From positions 2,880,001 to 2,944,000 of the forward strand of contig OZ241362.1 of assembly GCA_965200315.1 (NCBI GenBank): 64,000 nucleotides of DNA. The letters run 5' to 3'. Below the pieces are notes generated by a model, which had not been told where the DNA came from, ran no database searches, and saw only the letters and a list, made by a program, of their open reading frames with translations. Within the stretch, counting starts at the first letter, position 1; the number at the start of each line of letters is the position of its first letter. This document shows positions 39,923 through 50,100 of the stretch, in pieces. This DNA is from Candidatus Latescibacterota bacterium (GTDB taxonomy: Bacteria > Latescibacterota > UBA2968 > UBA8231). Made by a program: the position numbers and the translations under genes.

Positions 39923-40852
39923 CTACTTTGTCCGCGCTGCCTCGGCCCGCGCCTTGCGTTCGGCCCGCTCGGCCGCCTTGCGCTCGGCCACCTCGGCTTC
40001 TGTCGGCAAGTACCGTGCGGGCATTTCTGGATACTCAAGCGGCAGTTCCCAGCGCAGGGTTCGCAATGGGACGTCGCCCAGATTCTCGATCTGCAACTCG
40101 AGATATTCGTCGTCGAACCCGACAATAGGCGTCTTGACGTCGCTTTTGCGATTGGGGAAGAAGACTCGATAGTAGGTCTTGCCGTCGAGTAACTCTCCTT
40201 CGGGACGGTCGCTCTCGTATGGATAGGAATTAAACGTCCCGCTGGGCTGGAAGCGCACACCTTGCTGATTGACCAAGAACGTGCGCCCACCGATATCGGC
40301 AATATATGGCTTGAGCTGTGACTCTCCGCTCGACAGATAAACGGTAAAGACCAAGCGGCTGTAGAGCATCAAGCCCCAACGGTCGTCATACCGGTCGCGC
40401 AGAATGGGAAACTTGGGGTCGTAGATGGCATCAACGACTTGGCGGATGTATTGAGCCCTCCAGATATCGAAGGCGCGTTTTTGCAGGGGATTGCGCGCAT
40501 CAAAGGACGGATTTACGTAGATGAGATACTGAAAGTAGAGGCTATTGATGTCCGTGCCGTCTTCGGCCGGGTAGGTGCCATCGACATAGGAGTAGAGTAG
40601 CTGCTTGATGCGAAATTCGAGCTGCTCCTGCCCCAAGTCCTCGCGCTCTGCACGCGCATAGGCGCGGGAGATCTCATAGGCGAAGGTGTGCAAGGTCGCC
40701 TGCACCAAGACTCCGTCGGCACCCCGATGGCTTCTGTTTACGGTGCGCCATACTTCCTGTCCGACGCGCGCAAAGGGGCCTTGCGAACGTTCCGGGCCGC
40801 AGCCGGCGGCCGCCGCGCACATCCAGCAAAGGAACAAGACCCTGCTTGGCAT
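39923..40852 (-). CDS. Hypothetical lipoprotein
   Basis: Lipobox AAGC; 309 aa; GGAGG RBS. Confidence 0.7.
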   Translation of the reverse strand: MPSRVLFLCWMCAAAAGCGPERSQGPFARVGQEVWRTVNRSHRGADGVLVQATLHTFAYEISRAYARAEREDLGQEQLEFRIKQLLYSYVDGTYPAEDGTDINSLYFQYLIYVNPSFDARNPLQKRAFDIWRAQYIRQVVDAIYDPKFPILRDRYDDRWGLMLYSRLVFTVYLSSGESQLKPYIADIGGRTFLVNQQGVRFQPSGTFNSYPYESDRPEGELLDGKTYYRVFFPNRKSDVKTPIVGFDDEYLELQIENLGDVPLRTLRWELPLEYPEMPARYLPTEAEVAERKAAERAERKARAEAARTK

Positions 40853-40892
40853 GAACTACCTCCGTTGAGGAGGGGAGTGCCGTAGCCTCGCG

Positions 40893-41336
40893 CTATTCCT
40901 TGACGACCCAGAGCTTGACCGCTGTTGCTACTTCCGGGTGGAGGCGCACTTCGACATTGTAAACACCCAATTCGCGGATGGGGTCTTCGAGATGGATGGC
41001 GCGGCGGTCTATCTCGTAGCCCTTTTCATCGAGCAATTCGGCGATATGCTGGGCGGTTACCGAACCGAAGAGGCGATCCTCCTCGCCGACCTTGACCTGC
41101 GCGGTGAGCGACTCCGCTTCCAGCTTTTTGGCGAGGACCTCGGCGGCGCGGCGGTCGCGCTCGGCCAAGGTCTCTTGCTGTTTGCGCCTAGACTCAAACT
41201 GAGCCATGTTGGCGGTGCTGGCGATCAAGGCCTCGTTGCGAGGGATCAGGAAGTTGCGACCATACCCGTTCTTTACCTCCACGACCTCGCCAGCCGCACC
41301 CAAGGATTCAATGTCCTTTAATAGAATTACTTTCAC
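40893..41336 (-). CDS. rplI: 50S ribosomal protein L9
   Basis: MKVILL...VKNGYGRNFLIP, LFGSVT. Confidence 0.98.
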   Translation of the reverse strand: MKVILLKDIESLGAAGEVVEVKNGYGRNFLIPRNEALIASTANMAQFESRRKQQETLAERDRRAAEVLAKKLEAESLTAQVKVGEEDRLFGSVTAQHIAELLDEKGYEIDRRAIHLEDPIRELGVYNVEVRLHPEVATAVKLWVVKE

Positions 41337-41380
41337 GACTTGTCCTCCACTTCATAGAAAACCGCGATGTTGTTTGGGCC

Positions 41381-42199
41381 TTACGCTTCTTCCTCTGTGG
41401 GGGCTGGGCGCAAACGCCGCCAATCGAACCATGTGTCCAAAAGCCCCAAGCCCGCCAAGAGCAGAAACGCCAAGCCCGCGATAAAGAAAAGCCCTACGTA
41501 AAACAACAACTCGACCAAAGGCGGCACCTGTTGGCGCTGGGCGAAAAAGCGCAAGACAGCCAATCCTTGCACTGCGTAGATAATCCCCATCAACACGATC
41601 AAATTGAGGCCCAAATCGGCCAACAATCCATCGCTCAAAAGACTTAGACCCAAGGCCGCTATCAATACCCAAATCAACTCTTCCCAAGGCCGCCACAAGG
41701 TCAGCGGCAGAGGAGCGGGCAGCAACAAACCCAGCCGCAAGGCCAAGCCCTCGCTCAACCGATACGCCACGACAAAAATCAAAAGCAGGGTCGCCATCTC
41801 GATGGCTGGCTGCACTCGCAGGACCGCATCAACCATCGCGCTTAGCGTCTGGCCGCTTCCCTCTACAGCTATCCCCAAGGCTTGGAACTGCTCCAAGATG
41901 GCGGCGGCTTGCTTCTGGCGATGTAGGCCATCGCGCGCCTGAATCAACTGCCAGAAACACAAGCCGGCCGGCGGCGCGCAGGCCAAGGCCATGACGCGAC
42001 CATAGGTCTGCTGACGCTCTATTTGCAAAACGGCGAGCAACCCCATAATGGGCACTAGCCCCAACATGGCACCTAGCAGCATGACGGTGCCCAAGCAAAG
42101 CAGGCCGATCAAGGGCAGAGCACCACGCGAGCCGTAGCGCAAACTGGCCAAAAGCGAAGCGACCGCCAGCACTATGCCCAGCAGAATTACCATCGGCAC
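41381..42199 (-). CDS. DUF2232 (YybS-like) membrane protein
   Basis: QGLAV, GLGLLDTWFDWRR; usual position upstream of rplI. Confidence 0.85.
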   Translation of the reverse strand: MPMVILLGIVLAVASLLASLRYGSRGALPLIGLLCLGTVMLLGAMLGLVPIMGLLAVLQIERQQTYGRVMALACAPPAGLCFWQLIQARDGLHRQKQAAAILEQFQALGIAVEGSGQTLSAMVDAVLRVQPAIEMATLLLIFVVAYRLSEGLALRLGLLLPAPLPLTLWRPWEELIWVLIAALGLSLLSDGLLADLGLNLIVLMGIIYAVQGLAVLRFFAQRQQVPPLVELLFYVGLFFIAGLAFLLLAGLGLLDTWFDWRRLRPAPTEEEA

Positions 42200-42208
42200 A
42201 CGCCGACC

Positions 42209-42739
42209 CTAAGAGTCGTCGGACTCTTGAACGACGGCCTCTTCTGGTGAATTCTCTGCCTCTACCCTCTCTGCCTCTTTATTAAGTACCTCGCGTCCAG
42301 ACACACCACTGTGGGCCTCGTCGCGGACCCTCGGACCACGGGAGTCCCGATGTGGGCCACCTCGGGCCCTCGGACCGCGGGTCGGTCGGGCAAAGGCTTC
42401 TTCGAGGAAGTTGTCGGCGGCTAGCTGGGGCACGTGGATAAACTCGCCTTCGACCGCAGTGATGAGATAGCGCAGCACCGCTTCGTCGAGTTTGAGGGTT
42501 TGTTCTAGCCCTTCAATCGCCGTCGGCCCAGCGGAAAACTGATAGAGCACGTAGTAGCCTTGATGTCGATTCTTCAGGCTAGCCGAAGTATAGGCCAAAC
42601 GCCGCAGGCCCCAATTGTCGATTCGGGCGACTTGCCCGCCGTTTTCTTCGAGATGCGCCTCGTATTTTTCGACGACTTGCTCATATTGGCCCTCGCCGAC
42701 TTGGGGATCCAAGATACATACGAGTTCGTAGTTTCTCAT
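42209..42739 (-). CDS. rpsF: 30S ribosomal protein S6 with long C-terminal tail
   Basis: [26 protein letters not shown]. Confidence 0.95.
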   Translation of the reverse strand: MRNYELVCILDPQVGEGQYEQVVEKYEAHLEENGGQVARIDNWGLRRLAYTSASLKNRHQGYYVLYQFSAGPTAIEGLEQTLKLDEAVLRYLITAVEGEFIHVPQLAADNFLEEAFARPTRGPRARGGPHRDSRGPRVRDEAHSGVSGREVLNKEAERVEAENSPEEAVVQESDDS

Positions 42740-42778
42740 TGTATTGCGCTTTCTTGGTTCTAGTCTGGGGCACATCCC

Positions 42779-44818
42779 TCAGACGAAAAGCGGTGCTAGG
42801 ACAAGAGATATCACCGACATCAGCTTGATGAGTATGTTTAGAGAAGGCCCCGAAGTGTCCTTGAATGGGTCGCCGACCGTATCGCCGACGACAGCGGCTT
42901 TGTGGGGGTCAGAGCCTTTGCCCCCCAAGTGGCCCTCTTCGATCCACTTTTTGGCGTTGTCCCAAGCCCCGCCGCTGTTGGCCATCATCAGTGCCAGCAG
43001 GACGCCGCTGACCGTCGCACCGGCGAGCATTCCGCCTAAGGCAATGGGGCCGAGACCGAAACCAACAGCGACCGGAGCCAACACCGCCAACAGGCCCGGA
43101 AGAATCATTTCGCGCAGGGCCGCGGTCGTGCTAATCTCCACGCAGCGTCGCGTATCCGGCTTGGCTTTGCCTTCCATCAGGCCCTCGATCTCGCGGAACT
43201 GACGCCGAACTTCCTCGACCATCTTGAAGGCGGCCTTGCCGACCGAGGTCATGGTAATGGAGGCCGCAAGGTAGGGAATCATCGCGCCGATAAAAAGCCC
43301 GCCGACGACAACCGGCGTGGTCACGTCAATGACTATCGGCTTACCGGTTGCGGTCTCAATAGCGGAGGAGTAGGCCGAAAAAAGCGCCAATGCCGTCAAC
43401 GCCGCCGAACCGATGGCAAATCCTTTGCCCATGGCCGCGGTCGTGTTGCCGAGAGAGTCGAGACCATCGGTGATCTTGCGCGTGTCTTCGCCCAAGCCCG
43501 CCATTTCGGTAATGCCGCCGGCGTTGTCGGCAATGGGACCATAGGCGTCAACCGACATGGTGATACCTACTGTGGCGAGCATGCCCACGGCGGCGATGCC
43601 AATCCCAAAAAGCCCGGCAAAGGAGAAGGCCAAGCCAATGGCGACGACGATCCCCAAGGTCGGCAGGACGACGCTCTCCATGCCTATGGCCAGACCGGAA
43701 ATGATATTGGTCGCCACGCCGGTCTTGGAGGTTTCAGCGATGGTCCGGATGGGTTTTCCGCCGGTGTAGTACTCGGTAAAAAGGCCGATAGCGATCCCGG
43801 CCAAGCAGCCCGCGCACAATGCCCACACCGGCTGATTGGATAGGCCAATTGTCCCGGCGACCCACCAAGCACCTAAAATCATTAGTGCGGCTGCAACCCA
43901 AGTCGAGTAGCGCAATGCGGCACCCGGGTCGAAATTCTGCAGAATCCGCACCATCAACACGCCCAGCAGCGACGCGGCTATACCGATCGTGATGACGATT
44001 AGCGGGAAGCTCATCGCCGCAAGTTTCGCCTCGGTCGGATCGGAGATGCCGGGAGCGAGAGTAGCCAGCAGCGACGCGGACGCGGTGGCGGCGATGGCAA
44101 TAGTAGCAATGACCGATCCAACGTACGATTCAAAGATATCGGCACCCATGCCAGCAACATCGCCGACATTGTCGCCGACGTTGTCGGCGATAACGGCCGG
44201 GTTGCGGGGATCGTCCTCGGGAATCCCCGCCTCTACTTTGCCCACCAAGTCGGCACCCACATCGGCGGTCTTGGTGAAGATGCCGCCGCCAACGCGTGCG
44301 AACAGGGCAATCGAAGAGGCCCCCATAGCGAAGCCACTGATCGTGGATGCTTGGCTTATATCGTCCCAGATACCAATGGCACTAGCCAGTGCGCCAATGC
44401 CGAAAAGCCCCAAGCCAGCCACGGCGAGTCCCATCACTGCGCCCCCTGAAAAAGCGATGTTCAGTGCCGGCCCTTGGCCGTGCTGGTTGGCTGCTTGGGC
44501 GGTGCGCACATTGGCGTGACAGGCCGCCTTCATGCCGGTATAACCGGCCAAAATGGAACAAACGGCCCCCGACAAAAAAGCGTACGCGGTATGGGAGCCC
44601 ACGAAGGCAAAAAGGAGGGCGAAGACGATGACGATAAATCCGGCGAGAATGGTGTACTCGCGTTTGAGAAAGGCCATCGCTCCCTCGTGGATAGCCTCTG
44701 AGATTTCCACCATCTCTGGAGTACCAGCCGGAGACCTTTTGATGTAAAAGTACAGCAAAAGCGAGCAAAACAATCCGCCCAGACCCATGAATGGCGCTGC
44801 GCTTGTCCAGATTTCCAT
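42779..44818 (-). CDS. hppA: Membrane pyrophosphatase, K+-dependent type (likely Na+-translocating)
   Basis: [37 protein letters not shown] (Ala at the K+-dependence position), [10 protein letters not shown]. Confidence 0.96.
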   Translation of the reverse strand: MEIWTSAAPFMGLGGLFCSLLLYFYIKRSPAGTPEMVEISEAIHEGAMAFLKREYTILAGFIVIVFALLFAFVGSHTAYAFLSGAVCSILAGYTGMKAACHANVRTAQAANQHGQGPALNIAFSGGAVMGLAVAGLGLFGIGALASAIGIWDDISQASTISGFAMGASSIALFARVGGGIFTKTADVGADLVGKVEAGIPEDDPRNPAVIADNVGDNVGDVAGMGADIFESYVGSVIATIAIAATASASLLATLAPGISDPTEAKLAAMSFPLIVITIGIAASLLGVLMVRILQNFDPGAALRYSTWVAAALMILGAWWVAGTIGLSNQPVWALCAGCLAGIAIGLFTEYYTGGKPIRTIAETSKTGVATNIISGLAIGMESVVLPTLGIVVAIGLAFSFAGLFGIGIAAVGMLATVGITMSVDAYGPIADNAGGITEMAGLGEDTRKITDGLDSLGNTTAAMGKGFAIGSAALTALALFSAYSSAIETATGKPIVIDVTTPVVVGGLFIGAMIPYLAASITMTSVGKAAFKMVEEVRRQFREIEGLMEGKAKPDTRRCVEISTTAALREMILPGLLAVLAPVAVGFGLGPIALGGMLAGATVSGVLLALMMANSGGAWDNAKKWIEEGHLGGKGSDPHKAAVVGDTVGDPFKDTSGPSLNILIKLMSVISLVLAPLFV

Positions 44819-44855
44819 AATGCGTTTGTAACCCTCCCTCGGCTACTTTACTTTA

Positions 44856-45413
44856 TTAACCGTTGAACTTGTTCATGGCCGCCTCGATGCCTTTGGCGTA
44901 GTACACTTCGAGCGCCGCATTCCCGCGCTCAATCAAATCTTCTACTTCGCCTGCTGGGGAAAACGGCTCTAGGACGTAGTCGATAATGTCCGCGCCTGGG
45001 GGTGGGATGCCGATTCCTAAACGCAGACGCGGCACAGCCTCTGTGCTGAGCGCTTCGAGTACTGAAGCCAAACCGTTGTGCCCGCCATCGCTGCCTCCAC
45101 GGCGAAAGCGCAGACGCCCGAAGTCGAGGAGAAAATCGTCGGAGATGACCAGTAAGTCTTCGGGCGGCACCTCCCATTGGGCGCAAAGGGCCGCGGCGGT
45201 GCGGCCGCTGCGATTCATATAGGTCTGGGGCTTGGCCAAGAGCACTTCTTGACCGCCCAGCACCACTTGGCTCACTTGGCCGTGTAGGTCCGCTTGGTGC
45301 TGCCAGTCAGCACCACAGCGCGCCGCTAGGTAATCTACCACCATAAATCCTATGTTGTGCCGCGTTGACGCGTAGCGGGCACCGGGGTTTCCCAAACCCA
45401 AGGCTACTTGCAA
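44856..45413 (-). CDS. pth: Peptidyl-tRNA hydrolase
   Basis: GLGNPG..TRHNIGF, KPQTYMN.SG, GGHNGL. Confidence 0.96.
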   Translation of the reverse strand: MQVALGLGNPGARYASTRHNIGFMVVDYLAARCGADWQHQADLHGQVSQVVLGGQEVLLAKPQTYMNRSGRTAAALCAQWEVPPEDLLVISDDFLLDFGRLRFRRGGSDGGHNGLASVLEALSTEAVPRLRLGIGIPPPGADIIDYVLEPFSPAGEVEDLIERGNAALEVYYAKGIEAAMNKFNG

Positions 45414-45415
45414 AC

Positions 45416-46096
45416 CTACTCTTCGCCACCTGCGTCGGCTTCGCCGGCCTCTTCTTCGCCTTCGGGCACTTCGGCCTCCTCGGCTTCTTCCTCGGCAGTG
45501 ATCAGGCGCGGAGCCAAGATGTTGACAATCGTGCGAGCCGGGTCGGTGGTAATACGCGGCTCTTGTTCGATGAGATCGCGCACGTGCAGACTATCGCCAA
45601 TGACCAGCGAAGAGATGTCAATCACCATCGCGGAGGGCATTTCCGAGACGACGCATTCCATTTCAATTGAAGTCAGCGTCTGCTGCAAGGCCCCGCCCTC
45701 GTTGCGGACGCCTTCGGGCACTCCCTCAGCGAGCAGCGGAACATTGGCGCGCAACGTCTCATTTGGATCGATGCGTAGAAGGTCTAAGTGCAGCACATCG
45801 CCGCGCACCTTGTGGTATTGGATGTCGCGAATCAGGGCCTGCTCAGGGTCCTTATCGAGCTCTTCGCGCTCAATCAAGATGATCGCGTTTTGCCCGCCCT
45901 TGCTCAGGATGCGTTCTAAGGTATGGGCATCCGTCTTGAAGGACTCTGCGGGCTGATTGTGGCCATAGATCACTCCGGGCAACTGGCCCTGTAGGCGACG
46001 CATCTGGCCCACCGGTCCCTTGCCTTGCTCTTGGCGGGCTTGGACTTTGAGCGCGACCTGCTCGCGCGCTTGGATCTGGAGTGGAACTTGCGGCAT
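45416..46096 (-). CDS. rplY: 50S ribosomal protein L25/Ctc
   Basis: PGVIYG, IQYH..HLDL, GV..GG.L, IGDSLHVRDL, acidic tail. Confidence 0.95.
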   Translation of the reverse strand: MPQVPLQIQAREQVALKVQARQEQGKGPVGQMRRLQGQLPGVIYGHNQPAESFKTDAHTLERILSKGGQNAIILIEREELDKDPEQALIRDIQYHKVRGDVLHLDLLRIDPNETLRANVPLLAEGVPEGVRNEGGALQQTLTSIEMECVVSEMPSAMVIDISSLVIGDSLHVRDLIEQEPRITTDPARTIVNILAPRLITAEEEAEEAEVPEGEEEAGEADAGGEE

Positions 46097-46139
46097 AGAA
46101 CGTCTCCTCAAAAGACTCTATCAAATATCAATGGCATAA

Positions 46140-46214
46140 TGGCAGCCCGGCGAGGACTCGAACCTCGATAAACGGAACCAAAATCCGTTGTCCTACCAAT
46201 TGAACGACCGGGCT
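46140..46214 (-). tRNA. tRNA-Gln (UUG)
   Basis: AGCCCGG/CCGGGCT acceptor, anticodon loop TT-TTG-GT, GGTTCGAGTCC, CCA. Confidence 0.93.
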
Positions 46215-46245
46215 ACCTATCTCTGTGCCTTGCACTACCTTGGAG

Positions 46246-47103
46246 TTAGACCGGCTGACATAAAAAAGACCGGCAACCTTGCCTTTGCAGTGCGTTGTGC
46301 GCCTGAGAGGCAGTTTTCCGGTCGTCGAAGATACCGTAAACAGTGGAGCCGCTACCCGACATTGACGTGGCGCGAGCACCCACTCGGTCCAGTTGAGAAC
46401 GAAGTTCTGCGACGATGGGATAGGTGCGATCTATCGCAGGCGTGAAGTCGTTCTCCAGCACTTCAAATAGCCTGTCGTGGTCAACGCACCCGCCGCTCAG
46501 GGAAATGATAAAGCTAAAGTAGGGAGAATTTTCTGTCAAGATAGGGCCAAGTTGGTCATAAGCCCACGCCGTACTGATCTCGACCTTGGGGTACGCCAGC
46601 ACGTAAAAGACTGAGCCTGCCCAGCTCAGCTTGTTGAGGATCTCGCCCCGACCCCTCATTAGAGCGGTGCCGCCTTCCACTAGAAAGGGAATGTCCGAGC
46701 CAAGGGTGGCCGCGACCTGGCAGAGGTCTGCGTTTGAGAATGGCTGGTCATAGAAGCGATTGAGTGCTCGCAGGGCCGCGGCCGCGTCGGCACTGCCCCC
46801 GCCTAGGCCTGCACCTATAGGTACATTCTTTTCTAGGTGGATGTGGAAAGACTGGGTCGGTCGGTCAAGCCGAGCGCGAAAGGCATCAACTGCGCGGCAT
46901 ACTAGGTTGTCCGGCCCGGTCGATAGACCATCGAGACTACAGGTCAATTGATCAGAGGAAGCTGATTCAAAGTGCAAGACGTCCGCTAAATCCACGCATT
47001 GAGCCACGCTGAGGATCTCGTGGTAGCCATCAAGGCGGCGACCGACAACCTTAAGCCCCAAATTTATTTTTGCGTACGCTTTTTCGACCAGCATACTCTC
47101 CAT
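46246..47103 (-). CDS. ispE: 4-diphosphocytidyl-2-C-methyl-D-erythritol kinase
   Basis: AKINLGL..RLDGYH, PIGAGLGGGSADAA, LGSDIPF, MSGSGSTV. Confidence 0.96.
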   Translation of the reverse strand: MESMLVEKAYAKINLGLKVVGRRLDGYHEILSVAQCVDLADVLHFESASSDQLTCSLDGLSTGPDNLVCRAVDAFRARLDRPTQSFHIHLEKNVPIGAGLGGGSADAAAALRALNRFYDQPFSNADLCQVAATLGSDIPFLVEGGTALMRGRGEILNKLSWAGSVFYVLAYPKVEISTAWAYDQLGPILTENSPYFSFIISLSGGCVDHDRLFEVLENDFTPAIDRTYPIVAELRSQLDRVGARATSMSGSGSTVYGIFDDRKTASQAHNALQRQGCRSFLCQPV

Positions 47104-47185
47104 CGCTGCACACCTTGACCGCATTTTACTATATTTTACACTCTAGCTAATCAAGTGTCAGATTGGCATACCCTTGAGGATTGAT

Positions 47186-50100
47186 ATGTTTCCAAAGTTG
47201 ATAGTGGTGCTTTTCTTCTTCCTAAGCACCCAGAGCTGGGCGCAAACGAGCGCAGAGGACGACTTCAAACTGGCCCGCAATCTCTTCCGGGATGCCGGCG
47301 ACTATGCCACGGCTGCCGGGCTATTCGCCGAGTTTGTTCGCAATTATCCCGATAGTCCACAGCTAGCCGAGGCCCGACTGATGCTAGCACGTGCGTACCG
47401 CCAGAGCGGCCGTTGCGACCTAGCGGTGCCAGCCTACGAGACGTTTTATCTCGAATATCCCGATCGCTTTTTGAACGCCGCCAACGCACGGCGCGAGCGA
47501 GCGGCTTGTTTGGCCGAGCAAGGTCAATACCTGCTGGCTGCCCGATCATACGAAGAGTTGCAGCGTCGTTTCAGCACCAGCGAATTCGCCGCCAGTGCCT
47601 TGATTGAGGCAGCGGCTAATTATACCCGCGCCGAAAATTTGCGGCAAGCCGAAGCTGCTTATGGACGTTTGCTGGCCAATTACGCGAGGTCCGACCAAGC
47701 GCATTTGGCACGCTATCGGCTGGCCCAGTTGCACTTTGCCGCTGGTAGGGCCGCAGAAGCCCAACAGCTCCTCGGGCAAATCGCCGCCGCTAAACCATCA
47801 CCTTCCCTCGCTCCTAGCGCCCTACTCCTCGGAGGGCGCATCGCTCTCTTTATGGGCAATAGGGAAACCGCGGAGAAGCAGTTCAAGGCACTGGAGCGGC
47901 GCTTTCCTAGGGCGGCGCAGACCGATAGTGCCTATCTAGATCGCGCAGACTATCTCTCTAACTCGCGCCTTTTTAGCCAAGCTGGGGACGCCTATCAGCG
48001 GGCCTTTAACAAAATCGACGACCGCTCTCTCAAAGAAAGCGCACTCCTAGGGCTGGCCGACGCTCGCCGCCAGAGTCATCAGACGCGCGAAGCCATCGCC
48101 CATTACGACAAGCTGAGCGCCATGCTCCAACCCGGGCACCCCGCTTACCTCAAGGCGCAGCTAGGCCGAGCCATCGTTCTGGGCCAAGCCGAACAATTCG
48201 CCCGCGCAGTAGGCTTACTTCAAGGATTGATCCAGACCGGCGACAGCCCCGAAGCCGTTAGTGCGCTGAGGGAACTAGGGACCCTCTACAAGCGGCGCGG
48301 CGACAGCTCCGATTCGCTGCGGTTATTGACTTTCGGAGAGGGGATCGCCGCTTTCCACAGCCGCGCGATAACTTGGTACCGCCGCTACCTACAGGAAGCC
48401 GATGGGGCCGCCGATGCCAACGCCGTGCGCTTTGAACTGGCCGCACTCTATGCCTCAATCAGCTACTACGAAGAAGCCATCTCCCTCTATCGCCAGCTAG
48501 CCTCGGGTCAGGACGAGGTGGCAACTAAAGCGCAATTCGCCCTCGCCCAAACCTTTGAGCAAAGTGGACAACCGCGTGCGGCACTGCGCGAGTACGTGGC
48601 CTTCCTCGAACTCTTTCCTGCCGACCGCCAGACCGAGGCGGTGCGCCAGCGAATCGAATATCTGCGCCAATTTACCGTCTTGGACCCGGCCGGCCTCAAC
48701 CGGGCCTTGCAAAAAGCTTGGCTCGATGAGTTGAGCGGCAAGTCGCGTCAGCTAGTGCAGCTAGCGGTCGCCCGGGTGCTGTTCTCGCATCGCGATTTTG
48801 TCGCGGCCGCCCAATCTTTCAAACACTATGCCACGGCCTATCCAGACGACTCCTACAACGACGAGGCACAGTACTTTCTGGCTGAAAGTCTGCTCCAACT
48901 CGCCCGCCAACGCCAGCTAGAGGCACAGCCTGCCAGCGCGGATTCGCTGCGGGCTCTTGCTCTACGGGAATACCGCATCCTCACTGAGCAATCTCCTACC
49001 GACAGCACATGGGCCCAGCGCACACGACTTAGCCTCATTAAACTTGAAGCCGAGGACCGCCCCGACTCGCTGCGGTTATTAACGCTCGAAGAGAGGATTG
49101 CTGCTTTCGTCGCCGAGTATCCCGAGGGGCGAGGGGACCATCTAGACCAAGCCCTTTTGCAGCTAGGCGATGCCCGCCGCCAACTCGGGGCGACCGATAC
49201 CACTTGGTTCGACGGGGCCATTGCGGCTTACGACCAGCTTCGTCGGCTCTCTTCCAACAGTCCACTCGTACCCCACGCCCTATACGGCAAGAGTCTTTGC
49301 CTAGTGCAAAAAGGTCAACACCGAACAGCGGCCGACTTGCTCGAGCGCGTTCTGCGAGACTATCCCAATAGTCCGCTGACGGCACCGGTGCTCTTTGAAC
49401 TAGGCCATATCCGCCTAGCGCAGGAGCGGACCCAAGAAGCCATTGCCCGACTGCAAGAGTTGCGCTGGGGCTATCCGGCCTTTTCCCAGCGTCGCGCCGT
49501 TCAGAAACTGTTGGGCGACACCTATTTTCAGCTCGGCCAATACGCCGCCGCCATCGAGCTGTATCAACCGCTAGTCTCCAACTCGACAATATCCGACGAC
49601 AGAGGGCCAATTCTTCGACGAATTGGCCGCGCTTACCACCATCTCAACCGCTATGGCGAGGCCATGGAGACCTATCGGCAAATACTTGCCGAAGAGCCAA
49701 ACCCGGTTGGACTAGACAGCATCTACTTCGCCCAAGCAGTACTGCAACTGAGGTTAGGTGGCGAAGACGACGCCTTTCGGCTCTTCCGCAAGGTCGGCCG
49801 AGAATTTGCCTCCAGCGGATTGGCGACCGAAGCCTCGGCGCGGGCCGGCCACATCGCCTTTGCCCGCCAGCAATACAAACAAGCCTACCAACTCTATCAG
49901 CCCTTGCTGAAACAAAGCGAGGACTCCCTGATCCACGGACAAGCCGTCCTCTCCCTGTTCCGACTCAAACGCATAGAGGCGGGGAGCAAAGCAGCTAAGC
50001 GGTTTGCCAAGCGGTTCAAGGAGGAGACGGAGTGGCGTCAACACTTCCGGGTTGAAGAAGGGAGTTACTATTTACAGGCTGGCAACTACAAAAAGGCTTA

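Noticed and set aside
47161-47180. Sigma54 promoter (TTGGCATACCCTTGAGG)
   Set aside because: GG-N10-GC spacing is not met.
48302-49108. Diversity-generating retroelement TR/VR pair
   Set aside because: Mismatches are not adenine-specific and no reverse transcriptase is present.
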